A DNA stretch of 20,000 bases, from IMG/VR virus record IMGVR_UViG_3300021478_000027, one strand, 5' to 3'. Positions 1 through 7,960 of the stretch are shown one piece after another. The notes beneath the pieces are model-generated. The model was not told the origin of the DNA. It saw only the letters and a program-made list of their open reading frames with translations, and made no database searches. Positions within the stretch are counted from its first letter, which is position 1. Each line of letters begins with the position of its first letter. The stretch comes from an uncultured virus (IMG/VR IMGVR_UViG_3300021478_000027) (taxonomy: Duplodnaviria; Heunggongvirae; Uroviricota; Caudoviricetes). The position numbers and the translations under genes were made by a program.

Positions 1-1151
1 TGCATCAGAACGTTGGTTACCGATCCGCCCGCTATCTGAGCGATGGCAATCGCCCCCGTACCATCGCCGTCAATCTTTACAATCGGGACCGAAACGTACC
101 CGCTACCACCATCGTGAATGGTGATGCCCGTGATTTGCCCGAAATTAACATTGCAGAACCCCGAGAACCCGGTGCCGCCCGGTATAGCCGGCGTACCGGG
201 AATGCCCGGATCACCTACCACGATCGTCGGCGGTGACGTATAGCCTTGGCCGGCATTGATGATCGCCACTGCCGTGATTGACCCATTCTGAATGGCGAGA
301 CTAGCCGAGGCCCCGGAGCCACCGCCGCCGGTAAAAATGGCGAAAGCACGACCCGTATAGCCTGTTCCCGGATTGTTGATAATGACTTGGGAGACCCCGC
401 CCTGAGTCTGCTGCGGCGCCTGATTGATCGGGTCCGCTATCGCCTGATTGTCGCTGCCGCCGCCTTGAACCGTGACCGCCACAATCGAATCAACGGTAAA
501 TCCCGACCCCGGATTGGTGACAAGAACCTGTTGAACCGAACCATTTTCAAGGATCGCCGTGAAGGCGCCAGTCGAGACAAAGCCTGTGTCCGCCTGAACA
601 GTGAAGGTTGGATTTGACGTATAGTTACTGCCCCCATTATCGACAGAGACCAGAGGGCCGAAACTTCCTGCCGTAAACAGATTGGTGCCGTCCCACAACC
701 AGTAGCCATTCTCCTGCGCCGCGGCGAGAATCAGGTACTGGCTGCCCCATTGGCTAAAACCTATCGTGGTCGAGGGATTCAGAATGGTCCCCGCGTTTCC
801 TATCGTCGTTTGCATCCCGGTGTTCGCATCCACTTGCGTCAGCGAACCATTGGTCGTCAGAACCACGATGTACTGCGTGTCGAAGATGTTAAAGAACTGA
901 AACCAGACAACCACGCCCGCCGCGAATGAGGTCAGATTGCCCCCGGTCCCCGGCAATGTCCGCATGTTGCTTGGGCCGAATGGGATAAAACCGTCCATCC
1001 AAAACGCTTCACCGCGAGCAATCGCGGGCCGCGGCGGCTTTGTATTGAGCGTGCTGAACTCCTCCCACACAAGCGGGAAGAAACCTGACGGAAAGCCGGA
1101 ATTGTCGCCCTGTTCGCCAGGGGAATTAAGTTTGCTGTCGCCGCCGGCCAT
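1..1151 (-). CDS. Tail nozzle/stabilisation-type virion protein, N-terminal part (runs off the window start); contains GxGY-repeat modules
   Basis: Not in the ORF track. Read by hand from the ATG at 1151 (TAATG overlap with the upstream stop): MAGGDSKLNSPGEQGDNSGFPSGFFPLVWEEFSTLNTKPPRPAIARGEAFWMDGFIPFG...NGYWLWDG...NPGSGF...NPGTGY...NAGQGYTSPPTIVV...DGGSGYVSVPIVKI, open to position 1. Position after the adaptor genes fits a podovirus nozzle (inference). Confidence 0.7.
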   Translation of the reverse strand, partial: MAGGDSKLNSPGEQGDNSGFPSGFFPLVWEEFSTLNTKPPRPAIARGEAFWMDGFIPFGPSNMRTLPGTGGNLTSFAAGVVVWFQFFNIFDTQYIVVLTTNGSLTQVDANTGMQTTIGNAGTILNPSTTIGFSQWGSQYLILAAAQENGYWLWDGTNLFTAGSFGPLVSVDNGGSNYTSNPTFTVQADTGFVSTGAFTAILENGSVQQVLVTNPGSGFTVDSIVAVTVQGGGSDNQAIADPINQAPQQTQGGVSQVIINNPGTGYTGRAFAIFTGGGGSGASASLAIQNGSITAVAIINAGQGYTSPPTIVVGDPGIPGTPAIPGGTGFSGFCNVNFGQITGITIHDGGSGYVSVPIVKIDGDGTGAIAIAQIAGGSVTNVLM

Positions 1152-2071
1152 TAGTAACGGCCGTACGGGTTGATCATCCTGCCAGGACGTGCATACCCGC
1201 TGTAGCGATGGACCATATTATCGTAAAGGTCCAAGTAAAACTTGGCAGCGTTAAGGTTCTGGAGTTCGAGATAGCACATGTGCGCAGCGTAAAACGGTAC
1301 CGTCTCAGTCCAAGGTCCAGGGATAGCCTCGTCGTCCTGATCGGTTACTAAGTCAGCAGGCAAGCAGAACGTATCCCATTCCATCTGATAGACAGTAGAG
1401 GGGATCGGGTACATATAGAGCGAGCCACCTTCGCCTTGCCCATACTGCGAGAAAATGGTGCTGACGTACAGGTATTGTTGCGGATACTGGCGTATCATCG
1501 CCTGATACGTCGTGAACGGATAACACGGAAGCGAGTAACGATAGTTGGCGAAAATGAAACTGACGCCGTGAACCGCGAAGATACCCTTGACCCCAGCGAA
1601 CTGGCTCAACGGCACGTCCCTAAAGTTATAAATCTCCTGCTGCTGCGACGTGACGTTGATCGGGTTGGTACTCGCGACCGCTGTCGCCCCATGCCCAGTA
1701 GGGTCGGTAATCGTGACCTCGGGCTGGAAGTAGCCATCACCGCCATAAGAGACGCTGATATTGCTGATCTGCCCGCCGATCTGCTGCGCTAAGGCGGTGG
1801 CCTGCTGGCCGCGCGGGTTCGGCAATGCACCGCTAGGGAAGTCCGGCGGGGTGATCGTCACGGTGGGGTTCGTGTAGCCGGTGCCAGGCGTCAACACTTG
1901 GATCGTAACGATCGACCCGGAGACGGGCGTCAGGATGCGGATGCACTGCGTCCGCATCGCCACCTCACGGCGGGCGCGGTTGATGTAGCTGTCGATATCC
2001 CCGATATCGATAAATTTCTGCTTGGTGTCGCGAATAAAGCGTTGCACCTGTTTCCTGTATTCGTTCAGCAT
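1151..2071 (-). CDS. Head-tail adaptor/tail ring protein, paralog 3, with an inserted GxGY module
   Basis: ATG at 2071 in a TGATG overlap. Shares YINxAR..A....CIR and L..D....A(I/L)P.(P/L)WT..VP(F/Y)YAA motifs with the two upstream genes. Helical N-terminus and C-terminal Tyr/Ala helix resemble podovirus adaptors. Confidence 0.7.
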   Translation of the reverse strand: MLNEYRKQVQRFIRDTKQKFIDIGDIDSYINRARREVAMRTQCIRILTPVSGSIVTIQVLTPGTGYTNPTVTITPPDFPSGALPNPRGQQATALAQQIGGQISNISVSYGGDGYFQPEVTITDPTGHGATAVASTNPINVTSQQQEIYNFRDVPLSQFAGVKGIFAVHGVSFIFANYRYSLPCYPFTTYQAMIRQYPQQYLYVSTIFSQYGQGEGGSLYMYPIPSTVYQMEWDTFCLPADLVTDQDDEAIPGPWTETVPFYAAHMCYLELQNLNAAKFYLDLYDNMVHRYSGYARPGRMINPYGRY

Positions 2072-2775
2072 CACGCATTCTCGCGGGGCGGAGTGATGCC
2101 GAGTCGGTTAGCTAGGAACGGATCTGGCGACTGCTGATAAATAAACGGCTCAACCGATGGGGTTGCGCCGCCACGTGCCTTCTGCACGAACATCCCGTAC
2201 AGCTTCATCATCTCCGCCGCGGCCTGCGTATTTTGTGCGGTCAGCAACGCGAAATAGGCCGCGTAGTACGGCACCGCATCGGTCCAAAGATAGGGCAGTG
2301 CTTCTGACGTATTATCGTCAATTAATGGGGAGGGGAAACAGACTGTATCGAGCGACAACGTGTAGGGGCCATCCGGCAAATTAATCCAGAGTGTGCCGAG
2401 CGCACCTTGCCCGAATTGAGCAAAAACCTCGGGTGCCTTCGCTACCTGTTGATTACAGACATAGTAGACAAAGAACCACTCCCACGGGCGAGGCCGTACA
2501 AGAACAGCACCATTACCGAGCGCATAGTTAGCCATCCGAACATTCAAGACCCCCTGCACGCCCTGCACGCCAGCAGGGAATGTGATGGAAGAAAACGGAT
2601 ACTCCTGCGTCGGGGCATTGACCGCCAACGTCGCGTAAACACGGATGCACTCGGCTTCGCCCGCAATCTGCCCCCGCGCCGTGTTGACGTAGGTCACGAG
2701 GTCGGCAAGGTTGTATTTCGCCTCTCCGACATCATTGAGCAGCAGCTGGGTCTGTTGGAGATAACTGTTCAGCAT
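2071..2775 (-). CDS. Head-tail adaptor/tail ring protein, paralog 2
   Basis: ATG at 2775 in a TGATG overlap; motifs YVNTARGQIAGEAECIR and LIDDNTSEALPYLWTDAVPYYAA. Confidence 0.7.
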   Translation of the reverse strand: MLNSYLQQTQLLLNDVGEAKYNLADLVTYVNTARGQIAGEAECIRVYATLAVNAPTQEYPFSSITFPAGVQGVQGVLNVRMANYALGNGAVLVRPRPWEWFFVYYVCNQQVAKAPEVFAQFGQGALGTLWINLPDGPYTLSLDTVCFPSPLIDDNTSEALPYLWTDAVPYYAAYFALLTAQNTQAAAEMMKLYGMFVQKARGGATPSVEPFIYQQSPDPFLANRLGITPPRENA

Positions 2776-3491
2776 CACCGACCCGCCTGCGCCTGGGCTT
2801 GCGGCGCTTCAGTCAACGACGTTTTCCCGGCCGCGTCTTTCGTTCCCATGTCGCCCGGAAGGTTACCCGGCAGCACGCTCGGCGACGACATCTGACGGGC
2901 GCGACGCATCAAGGCCGAATAGCGCGCCAGCATCTTGTCCGCGTCGCCCTGCCGCTGCATGTTCTGCATGCCCAACCACGCCGCGTAGAACGGCACAGCA
3001 TCGGTCCAGGGATAGGGGATCGCCTCTACTGTCGTGTCATCGATCAGCGCGATCGGCGTGGCAACAACATCCAAAAGGGCGGCGGTATTGACGTTTGGCG
3101 TCGGATAAAACCACAGGTTACCTGCCTCGCCCTGGCCCAATTGCGCCATTGCCGTTGGCTGCCCCGTTACCGCCGAATTGAGGAGGTAGTAGTTGAAGTA
3201 CCAAACCCAATTACGAATAGCCAAACGACTCGTACCAACGGCACCCATCCGAACCGAAATCACCGCGTTCGCCCCAGAAACCGCAGTCAACGAAATAGCG
3301 GAAAAGGGATACACAAAGGTGCCCGCCACGATCGGCAGCGTCGCCGACACGCGGATGCACTCGCCCTCGCCCGCAACCTGGTTGCGCGCCACGTTGATGT
3401 AAACGGTGGCGTTCGCAGACGAGATGAGCGGGATCGGCGAGTTCGGCGCCTGGATCAGCTCATTGAACTGCGTGAGATACGCTGCAAGCAA
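2775..3491 (-). CDS. Head-tail adaptor/tail ring protein, paralog 1
   Basis: TTG start with GGGAGGG SD; motifs YINVARNQVAGEGECIR and LIDDTTVEAIPYPWTDAVPFYAA. Confidence 0.7.
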   Translation of the reverse strand: MLAAYLTQFNELIQAPNSPIPLISSANATVYINVARNQVAGEGECIRVSATLPIVAGTFVYPFSAISLTAVSGANAVISVRMGAVGTSRLAIRNWVWYFNYYLLNSAVTGQPTAMAQLGQGEAGNLWFYPTPNVNTAALLDVVATPIALIDDTTVEAIPYPWTDAVPFYAAWLGMQNMQRQGDADKMLARYSALMRRARQMSSPSVLPGNLPGDMGTKDAAGKTSLTEAPQAQAQAGR

Positions 3492-3494
3492 CCG

Positions 3495-3510
3495 ACCCTC
3501 CCATGAGGGT
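3495..3510 (-). promoter_or_regulatory. 6-bp hairpin (ACCCUC-augg-GAGGGU) covering the SD of adaptor paralog 1
   Basis: Perfect inverted repeat accctc/gagggt between the upstream stop and the TTG start. Confidence 0.45.
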
Positions 3511-4631
3511 TACGTCGGCTGGATGTAGACAGTCGTATTCACGCCCCCCATCGTCGGCACGATCGACGCCAGCGTGGTACCCCCAAGCACCATGACTGTC
3601 GGTGTACCGAAGAACAGCCCACTATCCACCGGAACGATCGAGGTGATCGTCGTGCCCGTCAAGGTCGCAGTACCCTGCGCCGCCCGTGGAATAGGCGCCG
3701 TCAACTCACCCAGCGGATTGCGCCATGTCGCCGTCGCCGTGGGAATGCCGCCGAACGATTGAACACCATTCTGACCAGCGGCAAAACCAGCGCCAATCGC
3801 CGCGATCGACGTACTCGCGATGGAAAACACCGGGACGACCGTAGCGACAGCGCCAGACCCCGCGCCCGTGATCGCCAACGACGGCATCGTCGCAACTGCG
3901 GTGCCGCTATTGATGCAGATAACACCGCTCAGAAGTCCCGCGCCCGTCAGCGCAAGCGACGTAACTGAGCTGTACGTGACCGACCCGGCAATAAAGTTCG
4001 GGTCATACGGACTCGGAAGCATCAGCAATGGCGGCGCGCTCGGATATCCCGCACCTTGATTGACCATCGTGATCGTGCTGACTGAGTTGCTTGAGATCGA
4101 CGCGACCGCAGTCGCGGCATAACCCGGAGGCGGCGGCGACGGGATAAAGCACAGCGGCGCTATCGTATAACCACCGCCGGCTACAATCGATGTCACGCTA
4201 GCGACAGTCGTATTGACGAGACCGCCAACGATTGCGTTCCAGGTCGATCCCCCGGTTGACGGCGTGACGCTGGTCGTCGCCTCCACATAAGTAGCCGTAC
4301 CAGAATTGGTAACGATCGCGGCGACCGGGCACCCCGTCATATTCGCGACACGGTAGTTGAAGCCATCGCTCGTCGCGCGGCGCGAACCGACCAAGCCGGT
4401 GTTAAACCCTTCCCAACTCAACGTGACCGGGTTGAACCACTGGAGAAAGCCATACGACCCAGCGTTCACCATAGTGCCGCCGGTCGGATTCGCAGGAACA
4501 GGCAGCGCCTGTCCCGGAGACAAAGTAACGGCATTCGTCGCCGGCTGAAACGTGACGTTTGCCAGGTAGGACGGATACAGTGCCTGCGGCGGCGGGAGGT
4601 TCTGCCCAGGACCAGCCAACCCTTGTGCCAT
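3510..4631 (-). CDS. Minor virion/capsid-associated structural protein (Gly/Ser/Thr/Ala-rich, GxGY modules)
   Basis: 373 aa, strong RBS (taaGGAGcaacataaATG), first structural gene after the MCP; contains AGGGYTIAP and NQGAGYPSAP. Confidence 0.65.
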   Translation of the reverse strand: MAQGLAGPGQNLPPPQALYPSYLANVTFQPATNAVTLSPGQALPVPANPTGGTMVNAGSYGFLQWFNPVTLSWEGFNTGLVGSRRATSDGFNYRVANMTGCPVAAIVTNSGTATYVEATTSVTPSTGGSTWNAIVGGLVNTTVASVTSIVAGGGYTIAPLCFIPSPPPPGYAATAVASISSNSVSTITMVNQGAGYPSAPPLLMLPSPYDPNFIAGSVTYSSVTSLALTGAGLLSGVICINSGTAVATMPSLAITGAGSGAVATVVPVFSIASTSIAAIGAGFAAGQNGVQSFGGIPTATATWRNPLGELTAPIPRAAQGTATLTGTTITSIVPVDSGLFFGTPTVMVLGGTTLASIVPTMGGVNTTVYIQPT

Positions 4632-4636
4632 TTATG

Positions 4637-4666
4637 TTGCTCCTTACGCAACGAGCATGGTATTGT
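4637..4666 (+). promoter_or_regulatory. Putative sigma70 promoter for endonuclease 1
   Basis: TTGCTC (4637-4642), 18 nt, TATTGT (4661-4666), preceded by an extended -10 TGn; RBS GGAGGT at 4680-4685. Confidence 0.45.
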
Positions 4667-5273
4667 GGTGACGTGACATGGAGGTAATTACCCCAATGCC
4701 AAAAGCTGCTAATTTGCCTGCTAAAGATTGCGCCGTTTGCGGAACGGAGTTCATCCCAGCGCACAGTCGATCCCGATACTGCTCAAAGCAGTGCCTATGG
4801 AAGTCGAAGAACGATAGATACCGTCTCGCAAACCCCGAGAAGTACCTAGCGCATTCTCGCGCCTCATATGCAAAGCACCGAGAAAAGCGGCGAGCATACA
4901 TGCGAGAGAGATACGCAAAAGACCCAGAAGCGTGGTACAGCCGCAACGAGCTATATCGCTTGAATACTAGAAACGAACGTCCTTGGTACATGTTGCTGCG
5001 ATACGCCGAGAAACGAGCCGAGAAAAAGTCCGTCCCGTTCGACTTAACGGACGAATGGGCCGTATCTGCCTGGACCGGTGCATGCGCGGTATCTGGATTG
5101 TCGTTCGTCACTGGGCACAAAGGCCATGGCCCGCGACCACGTACGCCAAGTATAGACCGCATCGAACCATCACTTGGATATGTACAATCCAACTGTCGAT
5201 TCGTCATCCATGCCGTCAATGCCCTGAAGGGCGACGGAACGGAAGAAGAAATGATGGAAGTGGTGCGATCCAT
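4644..5273 (-). CDS. Antisense 'bridge' ORF over endonuclease 1 (209 aa, no recognisable protein family)
   Basis: Starts shortly after the MCP stop, in the MCP frame, and ends at the TAA abutting the next gene's GGAG. Codon choice in the endonuclease avoids creating stops in this frame. Confidence 0.4.
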   Translation of the reverse strand: MDRTTSIISSSVPSPFRALTAWMTNRQLDCTYPSDGSMRSILGVRGRGPWPLCPVTNDNPDTAHAPVQADTAHSSVKSNGTDFFSARFSAYRSNMYQGRSFLVFKRYSSLRLYHASGSFAYLSRMYARRFSRCFAYEARECARYFSGFARRYLSFFDFHRHCFEQYRDRLCAGMNSVPQTAQSLAGKLAAFGIGVITSMSRHHNTMLVA

Positions 5274-5292
5274 ATTACTTCGTCATTCCTAG
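4696..5292 (+). CDS. Free-standing His-Me finger (HNH-like) homing endonuclease with an N-terminal Zn ribbon
   Basis: CAVCGTEF...YCSKQC zinc ribbon; CAVSG...PSIDRIEPSLGYVQSNCRFV...N..K nuclease motif. Start moved to ATG 4696 based on the GGAGGT RBS. Confidence 0.75.
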   Translation: MPKAANLPAKDCAVCGTEFIPAHSRSRYCSKQCLWKSKNDRYRLANPEKYLAHSRASYAKHREKRRAYMRERYAKDPEAWYSRNELYRLNTRNERPWYMLLRYAEKRAEKKSVPFDLTDEWAVSAWTGACAVSGLSFVTGHKGHGPRPRTPSIDRIEPSLGYVQSNCRFVIHAVNALKGDGTEEEMMEVVRSILLRHS

Positions 5293-6335
5293 AATGTATT
5301 CCCGCCAATGCCGGTTATTATAGCGTTACTTGACGGCTTGCTGCTCACAACATTGTACCCGAGTACGACAACCCCCTGCTGTCCGATCTGACCCAGCGGG
5401 ACCAGCGAGTAGAACCCGCTAAAATCGAACGCCGCGTCTTCCGACAGGTACATCGAGGTGTATTTCGAGTTGATGAAATAGGCCGTGCCCTGCGGGCAGA
5501 AGTGATCGGCAAAAATCGGCACGCCTGCGACATTGAGGTTCGGGAACGCCGAGCGAACCGGCGTCGCCATCGTGTACTCGTTGCCAGGCCGGGTAAAAAT
5601 CTGCTCGACGCCCACAAAGCTGGTGTTCAGCGTCGCAAAGTCGCCGGGGGACATCACGACCATCGTCGGCGACTCACCACCAGCCAGGTCAGTGATCTGA
5701 ATCAGCGCCGCAGCCATCGCCGAGCGGCTGAACCCAGCCGTCGCGACCGTGCCCGTCCCCGAAACAATCGCCGTGCCAGCAATGACATTGCCCTTCCAGG
5801 ACGTGTTGCCGGGCGATGTGCGGTTGATGCCGCCGTATGTCGCCACCGTCGCGCCGTTGTCGAAGCCATCAACGAAGCTATTCGGCAGCAGCGTGTTCGC
5901 CGTGTTGTTCGAGAACAGCAACCCGCCGACATTCTGGACGGTGACCGACCAAACGTCGTTCATCCGCGCCTTCAAGAGCGAAATCTCGCGATCCGTCGCC
6001 TGGATCACCGTCTCGCCAAACGGCAGCGGCACCGGCACAACCCAGTAACAGGTAGGGAACTGCGCGTTTTGCACACCGGGCGTCACGACAGGGCTATTAA
6101 ATCCACCGCCATAGCCTGTAAATTGCCCCTGGACCATCGATTGGCCCTGAATTGGAATTGTGATTTGAGATAAACCGCCAGCACTTTTCTGTGCAGCGCC
6201 AAGTAAATAGAATAATGTTGGCGTGGCGAAGTAAATTTGGACAAACAACCTTGGGACGAAAGCCCTCCTTGTCGCCGCGGTGAGTTCGTTATATAACGAA
6301 CCTGTAGGTACTGCACCCTGACCAGGAAGCGGCAT
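5289..6335 (-). CDS. Major capsid protein
   Basis: 348 aa. The N-terminus ELTAATRRAFVPRLFVQIY..TP...L...Q..GG.S.ITIP.QG matches my recollection of Bcep22-like podovirus MCPs. YGGINR and GVPIFADHFCP.G.AYFINSKY fit an HK97-type fold. RBS GAGGG. Confidence 0.88.
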   Translation of the reverse strand: MPLPGQGAVPTGSLYNELTAATRRAFVPRLFVQIYFATPTLFYLLGAAQKSAGGLSQITIPIQGQSMVQGQFTGYGGGFNSPVVTPGVQNAQFPTCYWVVPVPLPFGETVIQATDREISLLKARMNDVWSVTVQNVGGLLFSNNTANTLLPNSFVDGFDNGATVATYGGINRTSPGNTSWKGNVIAGTAIVSGTGTVATAGFSRSAMAAALIQITDLAGGESPTMVVMSPGDFATLNTSFVGVEQIFTRPGNEYTMATPVRSAFPNLNVAGVPIFADHFCPQGTAYFINSKYTSMYLSEDAAFDFSGFYSLVPLGQIGQQGVVVLGYNVVSSKPSSNAIITGIGGNTF

Positions 6336-6339
6336 TTTA

Positions 6340-7212
6340 TCAGTTCCCTCTTACTTGACAACGCCGCAGGGTAGGGGTATACCAGTAATTGCCAAACCAC
6401 TGGAGAAACCCATGCCCACGACCACACTCATTACTACAGAATGTGCCAATTGCGGCGGAACGTTCTCGGCTAGAGCAAAGGCGGGAGAAACAAAGCGCTA
6501 TTGCTCTAAGGCGTGCATGATCGCTTACGAAGCAAAACATGGTAGGCCAGGCCGAGCGCGCTCTGAACGAATTAAGTTCACTTGCCAGAATTGCAGCAAG
6601 GAATTTCTGATGCTTCCCGGATTTCTTAATGCCTATCGCATTAAGCACGGGCGCGACCCGCTGTATTGTTCGAGGCAATGCCACGGCATCGCACGGCGAA
6701 CACATACCGCCGATAACGAACAGTTTTTCTCTTGCGAGCAATGCAGAAAGGAAGTTGCGCGGCGCCGATACCAACGTTCTACAGGCCACAACAAGTTTTA
6801 TGCTCAGCAACGCTTTTGTAGCCCCGCCTGCAAGCACTCTTGGTTTGCCAGCCGCGCTGAACAACGATTTTTGAACGGCGAAATTGGGCGCCACGTAAAG
6901 CGGCACGGTTACGTCTGGCTGTCTTTGCCGGCCAATCTCAATGGCGGACAGAAAGGAGAAGTTCTTGAGCACCGCTACGTCATGGAGCAGCACCTTGGGC
7001 GGAAGCTTCTGCCTGAAGAGACGGTGCATCACGTCAACGGCGACAGACAGCACAACAAGATTGAAAACCTTGAGCTTTTTTCTAGCCGCCACGGTCCAGG
7101 ACAGCGCGTAATTGACAAAATCGCTTTCGCGATCGAGATGCTTCGCCTGTACCCCGACTTCGCCGCCGAGCAGGGCGTCAAATTGGTTGATGTCGAGCGC
7201 AGCGACTGACAT
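6340..7212 (-). CDS. Antisense 'bridge' ORF over endonuclease 2 (~290 aa, no recognisable family)
   Basis: ATG overlaps the upstream TGA (TGATG); the frame stops 4 nt before the MCP ATG. Confidence 0.4.
   Translation of the reverse strand: MSVAALDINQFDALLGGEVGVQAKHLDRESDFVNYALSWTVAARKKLKVFNLVVLSVAVDVMHRLFRQKLPPKVLLHDVAVLKNFSFLSAIEIGRQRQPDVTVPLYVAPNFAVQKSLFSAAGKPRVLAGGATKALLSIKLVVACRTLVSAPRNFLSALLAREKLFVIGGMCSPCDAVALPRTIQRVAPVLNAIGIKKSGKHQKFLAAILASELNSFRARSAWPTMFCFVSDHARLRAIALCFSRLCSSRERSAAIGTFCSNECGRGHGFLQWFGNYWYTPTLRRCQVRGN
6355..6383 (+). promoter_or_regulatory. sigma70-type promoter for endonuclease 2
   Basis: TTGACA (6355-6360), 17 nt, TATACC (6378-6383); RBS GGAG at 6402-6405 before ATG 6412. 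Confidence 0.65.
6412..7209 (+). CDS. Free-standing HNH homing endonuclease with three Zn-ribbon repeats
   Basis: Three CxxC...(Y/F)CSxxC units, then EHRYVMEQHLGRKLLPEETVHHVNGDRQHNKIENLELF (HNH_3-type motif). Start moved to ATG 6412. Confidence 0.85.
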   Translation: MPTTTLITTECANCGGTFSARAKAGETKRYCSKACMIAYEAKHGRPGRARSERIKFTCQNCSKEFLMLPGFLNAYRIKHGRDPLYCSRQCHGIARRTHTADNEQFFSCEQCRKEVARRRYQRSTGHNKFYAQQRFCSPACKHSWFASRAEQRFLNGEIGRHVKRHGYVWLSLPANLNGGQKGEVLEHRYVMEQHLGRKLLPEETVHHVNGDRQHNKIENLELFSSRHGPGQRVIDKIAFAIEMLRLYPDFAAEQGVKLVDVERSD

Positions 7213-7391
7213 CACTGCCCCTTCGGCCCTGTAGACTGGGCGTTAGGCGCGTGCTCAACATTCTTCTCGGGAAGCGGTGCGCCAACGCGCTCGCCCTTGA
7301 TGTTCGCGGCAGACTCCTTGCGCGTCCAAACGGTAAACGCCGGATCGGACGGCGTAGCTTTGGGGGGTGCGGGAGTGCGAAAGATCGACAT
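7212..7391 (-). CDS. Small 59-aa protein MSIFRTPAPPKATPSDPAFTVWTRKESAANIKGERVGAPLPEKNVEHAPNAQSTGPKGQ
   Basis: Not in the ORF track. TGATG-coupled to the scaffold-like gene; similar to 7960-8136. Confidence 0.7.
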   Translation of the reverse strand: MSIFRTPAPPKATPSDPAFTVWTRKESAANIKGERVGAPLPEKNVEHAPNAQSTGPKGQ

Positions 7392-7960
7392 CAGAGGCCC
7401 CGCGCTTCCTTGAGCGCGTTGGCGATGGCGGGACCAAGGAACTCGTCCTCGCGACCTTCAAACAATGGCTTCAGATCGGGCGCGTTCTTGACTTCCGGCG
7501 AGGCCCAATCCCAACGCGCACCGCCCGAAATCAGCGGCTCCGGCGGCGGGTTGATGCGTTCGTAAAGGGCAGCTGCCGCCTCATGGTCGGCGATGCCACG
7601 TTCTTCCATGAGTTTTTCGAGTTCGCCGAGACCTTCGTCGGTGTAGCCCTGTGCGCGGACCTTGGCGCGGCCTTCGGACCATTTCGTCTGAAGCTTCTGC
7701 TGCGCCTCAGCGGCCTCACGGGACTTCTTGTCCTCAACGAGCATGTTTTTCAGCTCGTCGAAGCCGCTGCGAAATTCCCCAAGCTGCTTGTCAACTTCGT
7801 CGCGAATCCTGACTTCAGGGCCGGCGCGATCGGGAGCCGCCAGCGCTACGGCTTTCTGAGCGAGCGCGCGGGCTTCCGGATGCTTCTCGACCTGGCCGAG
7901 AACGGTCTGGATCTGGCGGAGGTTCGCCAGCTCGTTTTCGTCAATCTCGACGGTCGGCAT
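7391..7960 (-). CDS. Putative capsid scaffolding protein
   Basis: 189 aa, charged and helical/coiled-coil-like; upstream of the MCP; TAATG-coupled. Confidence 0.6.
   Translation of the reverse strand: MPTVEIDENELANLRQIQTVLGQVEKHPEARALAQKAVALAAPDRAGPEVRIRDEVDKQLGEFRSGFDELKNMLVEDKKSREAAEAQQKLQTKWSEGRAKVRAQGYTDEGLGELEKLMEERGIADHEAAAALYERINPPPEPLISGGARWDWASPEVKNAPDLKPLFEGREDEFLGPAIANALKEARGL

Noticed and set aside
2799..3506. Long shadow ORFs (for example 2799-3506, 5502-6173, 7367-7963, 14707-15381, 18548-19303)
   Set aside because: Alternative or antisense frames of GC-rich genes, with no motifs, RBS or coupling to neighbours, unlike the two bridge ORFs.
4640..7212. Nucleases as part of group I introns or inteins
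   Set aside because: The flanking genes are intact, the nucleases are intergenic and antisense, and there is almost no non-coding room for a ribozyme core.
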